This document shows, piece after piece, positions 1 through 9,770 of a stretch of 34,277 bases of DNA. Under the pieces are notes generated by a model. That model was not told where the DNA came from, did not search any database, and saw only the letters and a list, made by a program, of their open reading frames with translations. Origin of the DNA: an uncultured Chitinophaga sp. (GTDB lineage: Bacteria; Bacteroidota; Bacteroidia; Chitinophagales; Chitinophagaceae); assembly GCA_964561675.1 (NCBI GenBank), contig CAZLRY010000002.1, positions 1 through 34,277 of the forward strand, in the 5' to 3' direction. Position 1 is the first letter of the stretch; every line of letters begins with the position of its first letter. The position numbers were made by a program, and so were the translations under genes.

Positions 1-42
1 GGTTTTCAAGACCGCCGCATTCGACCGCTCTGCCATCTCTCC
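1..42 (-). tRNA. tRNA-Ser (anticodon UGA), 5' half; truncated by the window edge
   Basis: Reverse complement reads GGAGAGATGGCAGAGCGGTCGAATGCGGCGGTCTTGAAAACC: acceptor 5' strand, D-arm TGGCAGAGCGGTCGAATGC, and anticodon loop CT-TGA-AA, typical of bacterial tRNA-Ser. Confidence 0.93.
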
Positions 43-97
43 GGGTGCAAAATAAACGGCTTGCACTTTATCTTCCAAAAATTATTCGCTATTCAAG

Positions 98-105
98 TAA
101 TTTTG
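98..105 (+). promoter_or_regulatory. Bacteroidota primary-sigma -7 element (TAnnTTTG) for the ABC transporter
   Basis: TAATTTTG 16 nt upstream of the TTG start at 122. Confidence 0.55.
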
Positions 106-121
106 TTTCAAATCATTACAA

Positions 122-1966
122 TTGAAGCACCTCAGCGCCCTCAATAAGTATTTCTGGAAATACCGGATCCGGCTCGGCGGAGGGATTCTTTTTGTATTCC
201 TGTCCAACTATTTCAACGTGTTATCCCCCCAGGTAACCGGTTTTGTGATTGATTTTGTACAACGTTCACTGAACCTTCCCGGTTATAAAGCCCCGGAAAA
301 AAAGCCTGATTATGATATGCTGGTCGATAAATTCATCACTTCGGTGGATGGATCAGGGTATTCGATCGGGAAAATTGTGGCAATCTGCGGGATGACCATC
401 CTGGTACTGGCCCTGCTCCGGGGATTTTTCCTGTTTCTCATGCGCCAAACGATCATTGTGATGAGCCGGTACATTGAATATGAGCAGAAAAATGAGGTTT
501 TCAGTCATTACCAGCGACTGGATATGGCTTTTTATAAAGCACAGAGTACCGGCGATCTGATGAACCGGATTGCGGAGGATGTCAGCCGTGTGCGGATGTT
601 TACCGGTCCGGCTATTATGTACCTGGCCAACCTCATTTCGGTCATTTCACTCAGTGTGTTCTTTATGTTGAAGCGGGATCCGGAGCTCACCCTCTACGTG
701 CTGGCCCCGTTACCAATCCTGGCCATTACAATCTATTTTGTAAATACGACCATTCACCGCAGAAGTGAAAAAATCCAGGAGTCGCTTTCCCAACTGACCA
801 CCAATGCCCAGGAAACCTATTCCGGGATCCGGGTAATAAAATCGTTTGTGCAGGAAAAAGCAATGATGGGCTTTTTTACAAAAAATGCGGAGGAGTTCAA
901 AAAAAATGTACTTGGACTGGTAAAAGTGGAGGCGATCTATTTCCCTTCGATCACATTGCTCATCGGACTCAGTACGTTGCTCACTATTATGATTGGCGGG
1001 TTGTATTATATTAAAGGAGGACATGGCATCGGTGTGAATACTATCGTCGAATTTGTGATGTACATTAATATGCTCACTTTCCCGGTGAGTGCTATCGGGC
1101 TTACGGCCAGTATGATTCAGCGGGCTGCCGCTTCCCAGAAACGAATCAATGAATTTTTGGAAACTGAACCGGCGGTCAGGAATGAACAAACGGGTGAGAA
1201 AACCACCCTGAAAGGTGCTATCCGATTTGATCAGGTTGATTTCGTTTACCCGAATACAGGCATCCGGGCCATTCAGGATTTCAGTCTTACGATCAGGCCG
1301 GGAGAAAAAATTGCCATTGTTGGTCGTACCGGAAGTGGTAAAACCACCCTGGCCCAGTTGCTGCTCCGGATGTTTGATGTAACAGGAGGGTGTATTGAAC
1401 TGGATGGGAAGGATATCCGGCAAATCAACCTCGCTGATTTAAGGGGACAGATCAGCTATGTGCCACAGGATGTCTTTCTGTTCAGCGAGACGGTTGAAAA
1501 TAATATCGGGTTTGGGCTTACTGCTTATGACCATACCCAGGTGGAGGGGGCTGCCGGCAGGGCCAGTGTAGACAAGGAAATTGAGGGATTTTCAGAACGT
1601 TATGAGACCATGATCGGGGAACGGGGAGTAACGCTTAGCGGGGGCCAGAAACAACGGATTTCAATTGCCAGAGCGTTGATCAAGAACCCGGAAATAGTCA
1701 TTTTTGATGATTGCCTGAGTGCCGTGGATGCCAGTACCGAAAAAGCCATTATCAGTGGGCTCAACGAATACCTGGAAGCAAAAACAGCCATTATAATCAC
1801 CCACCGTATTTTCTCACTGTTCAATTTTGATAGGGTAGTGGTGCTGGAAAATGGCAGAATAACAGAAACCGGCACTCATGAAGAATTGCTGGCCGTGAAC
1901 GGCTATTATGCTTCTCTTTACAGGAAGCAACAGCAGGATACTGAACCAATCCCCCCGGTAAGCTGA
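122..1966 (+). CDS. ABC exporter, fused permease + ATP-binding domain (MsbA/MdlA-like)
   Basis: N-terminal transmembrane helices; Walker A GRTGSGKT; signature LSGGQKQR; Walker B IVIFDD with CLSAVD; H-loop IITHR. TTG start. Confidence 0.93.
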   Translation: MKHLSALNKYFWKYRIRLGGGILFVFLSNYFNVLSPQVTGFVIDFVQRSLNLPGYKAPEKKPDYDMLVDKFITSVDGSGYSIGKIVAICGMTILVLALLRGFFLFLMRQTIIVMSRYIEYEQKNEVFSHYQRLDMAFYKAQSTGDLMNRIAEDVSRVRMFTGPAIMYLANLISVISLSVFFMLKRDPELTLYVLAPLPILAITIYFVNTTIHRRSEKIQESLSQLTTNAQETYSGIRVIKSFVQEKAMMGFFTKNAEEFKKNVLGLVKVEAIYFPSITLLIGLSTLLTIMIGGLYYIKGGHGIGVNTIVEFVMYINMLTFPVSAIGLTASMIQRAAASQKRINEFLETEPAVRNEQTGEKTTLKGAIRFDQVDFVYPNTGIRAIQDFSLTIRPGEKIAIVGRTGSGKTTLAQLLLRMFDVTGGCIELDGKDIRQINLADLRGQISYVPQDVFLFSETVENNIGFGLTAYDHTQVEGAAGRASVDKEIEGFSERYETMIGERGVTLSGGQKQRISIARALIKNPEIVIFDDCLSAVDASTEKAIISGLNEYLEAKTAIIITHRIFSLFNFDRVVVLENGRITETGTHEELLAVNGYYASLYRKQQQDTEPIPPVS

Positions 1967-2042
1967 CCTTTTTCCTAATAAAAGACCTTACTGTCCGCTG
2001 AAACAAAGTCGGATGCCGATTTGGCCGTTTCGAAAACATCTC

Positions 2043-2050
2043 TATATTTG
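2043..2050 (+). promoter_or_regulatory. -7 promoter element for the DUF3276 gene
   Basis: TATATTTG matches TAnnTTTG, ~47 nt upstream of the GTG start. Confidence 0.6.
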
Positions 2051-2097
2051 TAGCACCCAAAACCAAAGTAATTCATTAACTGCTAAAAACTTATACA

Positions 2098-2547
2098 GTG
2101 GCGTACGAGAACAATGATAAGAAAATGGAGAGCATCTACAGTAAACGGATTCGTGCCGGAAAAAGAAGAACTTATTTCTTCGATGTAAGAGCTACCCGTG
2201 GCAATGATTATTACCTCACGATTACAGAAAGCCGGAAAAGGTTTGATGATAATGGCTATGACCGTCATAAGGTATTCTTATATAAGGAAGACTTTAATAA
2301 GTTTATCAAAGCCCTTGGTGAGGCCGTAGATTATGTGAAGACAGAACTGATGCCCGATTTTGATTTTGACGCATTCAACCATGAAGATTCAGATGAGTAT
2401 AATAATGGAATAGAAGGCGGGACTGTTGAAGCCAGTACACAGGAAACAGTTTCAGCTTCCATTGATGAAGTTCCTGCCTCTTCAGCCCCGGTTGCCGAGT
2501 CAGGCACCGAATCAGGAACAGCAGCTGAAGAAGTAGATAAATGGTAA
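2098..2547 (+). CDS. DUF3276 / PUR-like nucleic-acid-binding protein with acidic C-terminal tail
   Basis: Motif IYSKRIRAGKRRTYFFDVRATRGNDYYLTITES...RHKVFLYKEDF is characteristic of Bacteroidota DUF3276. Confidence 0.88.
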   Translation: MAYENNDKKMESIYSKRIRAGKRRTYFFDVRATRGNDYYLTITESRKRFDDNGYDRHKVFLYKEDFNKFIKALGEAVDYVKTELMPDFDFDAFNHEDSDEYNNGIEGGTVEASTQETVSASIDEVPASSAPVAESGTESGTAAEEVDKW

Positions 2548-2567
2548 TCTATCAACGATTTTATATT

Positions 2568-2598
2568 AAAAGTACCTGAAAAAACAGGTGCTTTTTTT
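2568..2598 (+). terminator. Intrinsic terminator after DUF3276
   Basis: AGTACCTG-AAAAAA-CAGGTGCT hairpin (one G-U pair) followed by a T run. Confidence 0.8.
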
Positions 2599-2736
2599 AT
2601 TATATATGTTTCGTCTGCGTAAATTTTACAGAAATTTTCACTTTTTATTCGCAGATAACAAAAAAAAACTAACTTAGTTCCGGATTATGGACTTTCTCCT
2701 TTCTCAAGGAGTGCTTATCAACATAAAATTGTTTCT

Positions 2737-5700
2737 ATGCAACCAAAATTTACGCTTAAAAAACGTGGGGTTTTTTATTTCCTAACCCCGCTGTTCATTG
2801 CTGTTTTCTCCCTCTTTGCAGGGACCACAAATGCCCAGACAGTTTCTACTGCATCTGGTACAAATTTCAATGGAGATTACTCCATTAACAACCCTGCACC
2901 CCTGGTGCAGACTTTCGTTATTGAAAATGCGAATGCCACTCCGAGAGTATTCACAGATCTGAGCATGCAGATGGCTCCTTATTTCACCTCTGTTGCCGGT
3001 TCTACTTCTAACATCACGCTTTATTACAGTTCCGCTTCTTTATCCGGACCTGTAACTACTGTGGGTGCACCTGACTGGATTCAGATTGCCACAGGTACTG
3101 CTACGGTTCCTGCGGCGCTGGCTACTGTACCTATTTTAACAGGTATGACTTTTCTAATTCCCGCTAATACCCAATACCGTTTTGCAGTGGTAGCTTCAAC
3201 GGGTATGGCATTTTCTTTTTCACCCACACCAACACCGAATACTTTTACAGTAAGCGGAGTAAGCCTTAAAGTTGGTAATGCACAGATCGCAGCCCAGAAT
3301 GTGGGTTATGCCGGAGTATTTCCAGCATTGCCTTCTGGTAACACCCCCGCATTTTTTGGCGGTAGTGTAACTCTTTCTGCCAACTTCCCCTGTGCCGGTA
3401 CTCCTGCACCGGGTAATACCCTTTCTACATTATCTACGGCTTGTCCGGGTACAAACTTTACATTGTCTCTTCAGAATCTGACAGATGGTACTGGTGTAAC
3501 TTATCAGTGGCAGTCTTCTCCTGATGGAACCACCTGGTCTAACATCTCGGGTGCTACTGGTGCCACTTATACCACTACACTGACAGCCGCCACTTATTAC
3601 CGTTGTAATGTAACCTGCTCTGGTAATACCACTGCATCCAATCCATTACAGGTAGCCCTGACACCTCCTTCAGGTTGTTATTGTACGCCTGCTGCATCTG
3701 ATTGTTCTGACGATGATGTGATCACCCGGGTTCGTATCAGCACATTAGACAATTCATCTGCCTGTAGCCCGAATGGCTATGGTAACTATACTAATACATT
3801 ACCTGCACCGATCGTTTATTCTGGCGCAGCGAATCCTATTACTGTAAATGTTCCAACAACCTGGACAGAGCAAGTTGCAGTATGGATCGATTATAACCAG
3901 AACGGTCAGTTTGAAGCGTCTGAGTTTACCAACGTTGGAAGTAACGTAGGTAATGGAGGAGTAATCACTGCCAATATTGCAATCCCTGCCGGACTGCCAA
4001 ACATCACTACCCGTATGCGGGTAAGGGTTCGTTTCAGCACCGCCTGGACCAGTGGCCTGGCCTGTTCTGCAATCACTTTTGGTGAAACAGAAGATTATAA
4101 TGTAACGATTGCTCCTTGTGTTCCTGTTACAATTACCAGCAACCCTGCAACAACTGTAACCACTACATGCGGCAGCAATGCCAGCTTTACTGTGGCAGCT
4201 ACCGGTACACTTCCTGTTTACGGATGGGAATGGAGACCAAATAGTACTTCTGCCTGGCAGAATGTTACCAATGGTGGTGTTTATTCAGGTGCAACTACTG
4301 CAACACTGACTCTCACAAACGTTACTGCTGCTTTCAACGGCTACCAGTACCGTGCATTAGTTTCCGGTGGTTGTTCAGCTGTTGATTTTTCAACAACTTC
4401 TACTTTAACAGTTAATGCAATTCAACCTGTTGTGAGCCCTGCTTCTGCCAGCATCTGTCTGGGTAGTGTTCAGCAACTGTCATTAACCAATATTGTATCT
4501 GCACCGACTACAACAACCTTTACAGCTTCTGCTGGTTTGCCACTGGCTATTCCTGATGCCACACCTAATGGTGTTTGGAATTCAGTGAACGTAAGTGGTA
4601 TTCCTAACGGTTCTGTTATTACAGACGTAAGTCTCCGCCTTAATATCAACCATACATGGGTAGGTGACCTCGAAATCAACCTGCTTGCTCCGAATGGTGC
4701 AAACATGAACCTGATAGCTGAGCTGGATGGTGGTACAGGTAGTAATGGTACTGACAACTTTACCAATACGGTGATCAGTTCTACTGGTACAGTTGCACTG
4801 AGTGGTTTTGCTGCTCCACGTACTGGTACTTTCAGGGCTGACCGTCTCCAGTTCTACGGACCTTCTGTAGGACCTGGTGGTTCAGGAACAGGGTATCAGA
4901 CTGTAGCCGGTATGGACTGGCCAACACTCCTGACTACCATTAACGGTACCTGGAACCTCGGTCTGTCTGACTGGTTTAACGGTGACGCAGGAACCCTGAC
5001 CGGCTGGTCACTCGCCATTACTTATGTTGCACCGAACTTTGCACAAGGAACATGGGCTGGTCCTGCCGGTACGATCTTTACTGATGCCGCTGCAACCACA
5101 GCTTATACAGGAACTCCTGCAACTTCAGTGTATGTGTTGCCGACTGCCGCAGGTGTGAACAATTACACCGTGTCTTTCACTACACCGACACCATGTACTT
5201 CTGCAACTACAACAGTCCCTGTTACTGTCAGCGCTCCGATTACTGCTGCAACTGTTACTCCGGCCACACGTGCCGTATGTCTTGGTGGTAGCACTACATT
5301 CGGTTCTACCGTTACAGGCGGTACTAATACCACTTATCAATGGCAGCGCAGCACCGATGCTGGTCTGACCTGGAGCAATATCGGCGGTGCTACTTCAGCA
5401 ACACTGACTGTTTCTAATGTAACTTCTGGTATGACTGGTTATCGCTACAGAGTGGTTGCCTCCAGCGGTGCTTGTGCAAGCTTCACATCTACCAACTTTG
5501 GTACCTTGACTGTGAACGCACTGCCTGTTGTAACAATCGCTTCACCTGTGGTGAATGTGGTTCCGGGTACAACAACCAATGTTACCGGTTCAAGCACACC
5601 TGCTGCTGCTGCAACAAACAGCTGGAGCTGGACACTGAATGGTGCGCCGCTGACTGGTAATACTAACACACAAACGGCTTCAGTGGATGCACTGGGAACT

Positions 5701-6045
5701 TACCAGGCTACTGTAACGGATGTGAACGGTTGTGTAAATACATCTAACCAACTGGTAATCGGTGCAGAAGCTTCAGATAAACTCTGGATCTATCCGAACC
5801 CGACTCCGGGTGCCTTCCAGGTACGTTTGTACTATGCAGGCAATACTGCTGAAAAGCGTATTGTTTCCATCTACAATCCGAAAGGCCAGCTGATCACTAG
5901 CCGTACATTTGACCTGAACTACCGGTCTACACCTTACCTGAGCATGAACTTTGATCTGAGCGGAATGGCCCGCGGAACTTATGTGGTGAAAGTAGCCCAT
6001 GAGTACAGCGGTAAAGTAATCTCTGGTCTGGTTCTGGTTCACTAA
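2737..6045 (+). CDS. Large T9SS-secreted surface protein: GEVED domain, proprotein-convertase P-domain, Ig-like repeats, type A CTD
   Basis: Signal peptide ending TTNA-Q; GEVED-like VWIDYNQNGQFEASE...GETEDYNVTI; P-domain INHTWVGDLEINLLAPNG...GTWNLGLSD...GTLTGWSL; three YQWQ/YGWEW Ig-like repeats; C-terminal IYPNPT...GTYVVKV sorting signal. Confidence 0.88.
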   Translation: MQPKFTLKKRGVFYFLTPLFIAVFSLFAGTTNAQTVSTASGTNFNGDYSINNPAPLVQTFVIENANATPRVFTDLSMQMAPYFTSVAGSTSNITLYYSSASLSGPVTTVGAPDWIQIATGTATVPAALATVPILTGMTFLIPANTQYRFAVVASTGMAFSFSPTPTPNTFTVSGVSLKVGNAQIAAQNVGYAGVFPALPSGNTPAFFGGSVTLSANFPCAGTPAPGNTLSTLSTACPGTNFTLSLQNLTDGTGVTYQWQSSPDGTTWSNISGATGATYTTTLTAATYYRCNVTCSGNTTASNPLQVALTPPSGCYCTPAASDCSDDDVITRVRISTLDNSSACSPNGYGNYTNTLPAPIVYSGAANPITVNVPTTWTEQVAVWIDYNQNGQFEASEFTNVGSNVGNGGVITANIAIPAGLPNITTRMRVRVRFSTAWTSGLACSAITFGETEDYNVTIAPCVPVTITSNPATTVTTTCGSNASFTVAATGTLPVYGWEWRPNSTSAWQNVTNGGVYSGATTATLTLTNVTAAFNGYQYRALVSGGCSAVDFSTTSTLTVNAIQPVVSPASASICLGSVQQLSLTNIVSAPTTTTFTASAGLPLAIPDATPNGVWNSVNVSGIPNGSVITDVSLRLNINHTWVGDLEINLLAPNGANMNLIAELDGGTGSNGTDNFTNTVISSTGTVALSGFAAPRTGTFRADRLQFYGPSVGPGGSGTGYQTVAGMDWPTLLTTINGTWNLGLSDWFNGDAGTLTGWSLAITYVAPNFAQGTWAGPAGTIFTDAAATTAYTGTPATSVYVLPTAAGVNNYTVSFTTPTPCTSATTTVPVTVSAPITAATVTPATRAVCLGGSTTFGSTVTGGTNTTYQWQRSTDAGLTWSNIGGATSATLTVSNVTSGMTGYRYRVVASSGACASFTSTNFGTLTVNALPVVTIASPVVNVVPGTTTNVTGSSTPAAAATNSWSWTLNGAPLTGNTNTQTASVDALGTYQATVTDVNGCVNTSNQLVIGAEASDKLWIYPNPTPGAFQVRLYYAGNTAEKRIVSIYNPKGQLITSRTFDLNYRSTPYLSMNFDLSGMARGTYVVKVAHEYSGKVISGLVLVH

Positions 6046-6073
6046 GATGAAGTAGTATCCACTCACTTTATAC

Positions 6074-6106
6074 AAAGCCCTCCGGTCAACGGAGGGCTTT
6101 TTTTTT
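6074..6106 (+). terminator. Intrinsic terminator after the T9SS gene
   Basis: AAAGCCCTCCG-GTCAA-CGGAGGGCTTT followed by a long T run. Confidence 0.9.
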
Positions 6107-6160
6107 ATGACGCCCAGCTGGTCTTTTGTCGTTAAGGAATTTGAATTATGGCAATATGAA

Positions 6161-6574
6161 TCGGCGTGACCTCTATCTGCTACGCGGAATACTTTAACAC
6201 ATAGGTTTAATTTTTCACTAAAGTTCTTATAGCATTATAAATACCGCAGACCTTTAGGGGGAACACGCTAAAAGGATAACATAGAAGACACATAGTATCC
6301 AATTTCTGACTATGTGTTTCCTATGTCTCTATGTAACTATGTGTTAAAAAAGCGGCGTAGCCGCCATCCGCTTCACGGAATTTTTTAACACATAGGGTTA
6401 GAATTTCAACTAAAGATCAGCAATCCTTACAAACACAACTGATCTAAAGCAGGATGATGCTATAAGAATAACATAGGAGAGACATAGAAATACATTCGCT
6501 TTCTATGTCTCTCCTATGTCTCTATGTGACTATGTGTTAAAAAAGCGGCGTAGCCGCCATCCCCTAAGCAGATA
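6161..6574. repeat. Two tandem ~192-bp inverted-repeat elements separated and flanked by a GC-rich linker (REP/MITE-like)
   Basis: Unit ends TTTAACACATAG...CTATGTGTTAAA at 6193-6348 and 6381-6544; internal 18-20 bp hairpins; linker GCGGCGTAGCCGCCATCC at 6352 and 6545, with a degenerate copy at 6161. Confidence 0.85.
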
Positions 6575-6594
6575 CATATGACCTATTCGGTTAT

Positions 6595-6972
6595 TTATAA
6601 CGCCGGATTGGGGATACTACCCGGCTTCTCAGGTTGGATCTGTTCTTTTTTATTTGGAAGAACAGGCATGGTATACACCAGCTGATTCCCTGGTTTTACA
6701 CAGGGCATCCGGTCGGTTGGTAAACGGAATACCAGATCGCCATTGGGTAATTGATAATCCAGTTGCCCCTTAAGGTCCTTGCTTTCAGGCTGGTTGTTCG
6801 GGTTTGGGGCTGGATTTAATTGCTTTTGTAAAAATTCCGATGACCATTTCATCTTGTGCAGGGATGAATCGTACCGGTACCGGATGAGTTCATCCAGGTC
6901 AATCGTTTCTTTTTGCTGACCAGCAACTGATGTAACGGCCAGCAGGCCAATGGAAAGAAAGATTACTTTCAT
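6595..6972 (-). CDS. Hypothetical secreted protein (125 aa)
   Basis: ATG start, signal-peptide-like MKVIFLSIGLLAVTSVAG-Q; directly downstream of pgi on the same strand. Confidence 0.7.
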   Translation of the reverse strand: MKVIFLSIGLLAVTSVAGQQKETIDLDELIRYRYDSSLHKMKWSSEFLQKQLNPAPNPNNQPESKDLKGQLDYQLPNGDLVFRLPTDRMPCVKPGNQLVYTMPVLPNKKEQIQPEKPGSIPNPAL

Positions 6973-7003
6973 AAAACAGGTTTTATGCTGTCTAATTTAG
7001 CTA

Positions 7004-8653
7004 TTATTTCATTTTTTTCCAACTATTGATCAATCCGTTGGTCGAAGCGTCATGATTCGTAACAGGTGTTTTACCTTTTAATTCAGGTAAAATTTTATTG
7101 GCCAGTTGTTTACCCAGTTCCACACCCCATTGATCAAAACTATAAATATTCCAGATAACCCCCTGTACAAAAATTTTGTGTTCATAAAGGGCAATCAGTT
7201 CGCCCAGTGTAAATGGAGTTACTTTTTTAAGAAGAATAGAATTAGTAGGCCGGTTGCCATTAAAAATTTTAAAAGGCAGTAATCTGGCTATTTCCTCCGT
7301 ACTCAAACCTTGTTTCTCCAGCTCTGCTTCCGCCTCTGCTTCTGTTTTTCCATTCATCAGGGCTTCGGTCTGGGCAAAGAAATTACTCAGCAGTTTTACA
7401 TGGTGATCGCCAATCGGATTCTGCGATTGTGCCGGGGCAATAAAATCACAGGGAATCAGCGGGGTTCCCTGGTGGATCAGCTGATAGAAAGCATGTTGTC
7501 CGTTCGTGCCGGGTTCACCCCAGATCACCGGGCCAGTGGCATAATCAACCGGTTCGCCATTCCGGTCCACACTTTTCCCGTTACTTTCCATATTGCCTTG
7601 CTGAAAATAAGCGGCAAAGCGATGCAGGTATTGATCATAAGGCAGAATTGCTTCAGACTGAGCACCGAAGAAGTTGGTATACCAGATACCCGTCAGGGCC
7701 ATGATCACCGGTATATTTTTCCCGAAAGGGGAGGTCGCAAAATGTTCATCAATATGATGAGCCCCTTTAAGCAGTTGTTCAAAATTTTTATAGCCGATGG
7801 TCAGTGCAATGGAAAGTCCAATAGCACTCCAGAGTGAATAACGTCCACCAACCCAGTCCCAGAATTCAAACATATTGTTCTTGTCTATTCCGAATTTCAC
7901 CACTTCCTTTTCATTTGTGCTCAGGGCTACAAAATGTTTGGCCACATATGTTTCCTTTTTCGCTTTTTTAAGGAACCAGTCACGGGCCGTCAGGGCATTG
8001 GTCATGGTTTCCTGGGTAGTGAATGTTTTAGAGGCGACCAGGAAAAGTGTACGTTCGGGATCAACTTTTTTCAGGGTTTCCGAAATATGGGTGCCATCGA
8101 CATTGGATACAAAATAGGTTTCAATCCCCTCCATCCAATAAGGTTTCAGGGCCTCCGTTACCATCAGCGGCCCCAGGTCACTACCACCAATACCGATATT
8201 GACAATGTACTTTATTTTCTTATTGGTATACCCCCGGTGCTTCCCGCTATGGATCTGCTCACAGAACCCCTTCATTTTTTTCAGTACTTTCTTAATGCCG
8301 GGCATTACATCCACTCCCTGTGTGAATACCGGCTTACCAGAAAAATTGCGGAGGGCTGTATGCAGGACTGCCCGTTTTTCAGTTGCATTGATCTGCTCCC
8401 CGTTAAACATCGATTGAATAGCTTCAGGTAGTTTACACGACATTGCCAGTTCCTCGAGCAATTGAAGGGTTTGCTCATTCAGGATATTCTTTGAATAATC
8501 GAAAACAAGGTCTTTTGTACAGAGTGAATATTTCAGAAACCGCTCACTGTCCTGCCGGAATAATTCACGCATATTGGTCTGGCTGATTTCCGCCTGGTGT
8601 GCTTTCAGTTTTTTCCAGGCATTGGTTTGTGTGGGGTTGATACGGGGTAACAT
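7004..8653 (-). CDS. pgi: Glucose-6-phosphate isomerase
   Basis: Motifs [69 protein letters not shown]. Confidence 0.98.
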   Translation of the reverse strand: MLPRINPTQTNAWKKLKAHQAEISQTNMRELFRQDSERFLKYSLCTKDLVFDYSKNILNEQTLQLLEELAMSCKLPEAIQSMFNGEQINATEKRAVLHTALRNFSGKPVFTQGVDVMPGIKKVLKKMKGFCEQIHSGKHRGYTNKKIKYIVNIGIGGSDLGPLMVTEALKPYWMEGIETYFVSNVDGTHISETLKKVDPERTLFLVASKTFTTQETMTNALTARDWFLKKAKKETYVAKHFVALSTNEKEVVKFGIDKNNMFEFWDWVGGRYSLWSAIGLSIALTIGYKNFEQLLKGAHHIDEHFATSPFGKNIPVIMALTGIWYTNFFGAQSEAILPYDQYLHRFAAYFQQGNMESNGKSVDRNGEPVDYATGPVIWGEPGTNGQHAFYQLIHQGTPLIPCDFIAPAQSQNPIGDHHVKLLSNFFAQTEALMNGKTEAEAEAELEKQGLSTEEIARLLPFKIFNGNRPTNSILLKKVTPFTLGELIALYEHKIFVQGVIWNIYSFDQWGVELGKQLANKILPELKGKTPVTNHDASTNGLINSWKKMK

Positions 8654-8657
8654 GATT

Positions 8658-9674
8658 TTATAATTGGTTGAATACTTGAATTGTTTTTTCGGTCATGGCC
8701 GGAGTAATGTCCAGGTGCGTCACTAACCTTACCCGGTTGGGAGAAATAGCATATCCCAGAATATCCTGTTCTTTCAGGCGGGCAACCAGTTGCGGGGCCG
8801 TCAGGCTTTCATCGAGTTCAAAAATGATGATATTGGTTTCCACCGGCAACATCATTTTGACAAAACTGCGGGATGAAATAGCAGTTGCAATCGCTTTGGC
8901 ATTTGCATGATCTTCTTTCAGTCTTTCTATGTGATGCTCCAGGGCGTAGATACCTGCAGCCGCCATAAAACCACCTTGCCGCATGCCACCTCCGAATACT
9001 TTTCGGTATCGTTTTGCTTTTTTGATAAAGTCCTTAGTGCCCAGTAATAAACTGCCTACGGGACATCCCAGGCTTTTACTCAGGCAAACTGAGATACTGT
9101 CAAATACTTTACCATAATGCAGGGGATCTTCTTTCCTGGCCACGATTGCGTTCCAGAGACGGGCTCCATCGAGGTGAAAAGCCAGGTCATGCCGCATACA
9201 TACCTGTTGTATCGCCTGTATTTCACTGAACGTATAACAACTGCCACCTCCCCGGTTACTGGTGTTTTCCAGGGATACCATACGGGTATGTGCCCGGTGT
9301 ACATCATCTGGCTGGATCGCTTCTTCCACCTGGCGGGCGTTAATCCGGCCCCGATCACCATATAATAATTTGACAGAGGCTCCTGAGTTCAATGCAATCC
9401 CGCCTCCCTCATACTGATAAATATGGGAGCTCTCATCACAAATCACTTCATCACCGGGTTGGGTATGACATTTGATCGCAATCTGGTTGGTCATGGTGCC
9501 GGAAGGACAAAATAATGCCGCTTCCATGCCAAACAGGTCCGCGGTCATTTCCTGGAGGGTATTGATGGAGGGATCTTCTCCAAATACATCATCCCCCACC
9601 GGGGCTTTCATCATGGCTTCCCGCATACCCGGGGTGGGTCGGGTGACCGTATCGGACCTGAAATCAATGATCAT
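8658..9674 (-). CDS. ltaE: Low-specificity L-threonine aldolase (PLP-dependent)
   Basis: [40 protein letters not shown]-lysine motif [18 protein letters not shown]. Confidence 0.93.
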   Translation of the reverse strand: MIIDFRSDTVTRPTPGMREAMMKAPVGDDVFGEDPSINTLQEMTADLFGMEAALFCPSGTMTNQIAIKCHTQPGDEVICDESSHIYQYEGGGIALNSGASVKLLYGDRGRINARQVEEAIQPDDVHRAHTRMVSLENTSNRGGGSCYTFSEIQAIQQVCMRHDLAFHLDGARLWNAIVARKEDPLHYGKVFDSISVCLSKSLGCPVGSLLLGTKDFIKKAKRYRKVFGGGMRQGGFMAAAGIYALEHHIERLKEDHANAKAIATAISSRSFVKMMLPVETNIIIFELDESLTAPQLVARLKEQDILGYAISPNRVRLVTHLDITPAMTEKTIQVFNQL

Positions 9675-9770
9675 TTTAAATTTTTATGCAAGATAATCAG
9701 TTCACACCTGAAATAGGGTAGTTGGCGGGTAAACGCTCATTTTTATGCCCGGTTTTAATATCTTGCCCCC

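Noticed and set aside
1-121. tRNA-anchored genomic island or prophage
   Set aside because: The window lies on the 5' side of the tRNA, has no integrase or att duplication, and continues with housekeeping genes.
710-1423. 237-aa antisense ORF inside the ABC transporter (representative of many shadow ORFs, e.g. 7310-7837, 14223-14762, 14471-14953, 20882-21358)
   Set aside because: Largely or entirely overlap confidently identified genes on the opposite strand and show no motifs; expected by-products of codon bias.
6161-6574. CRISPR array interpretation of the linker/unit pattern
   Set aside because: Only 2-3 linker copies; the intervening ~160-bp segments are homologous to each other and far too long for spacers; no cas genes in the window.
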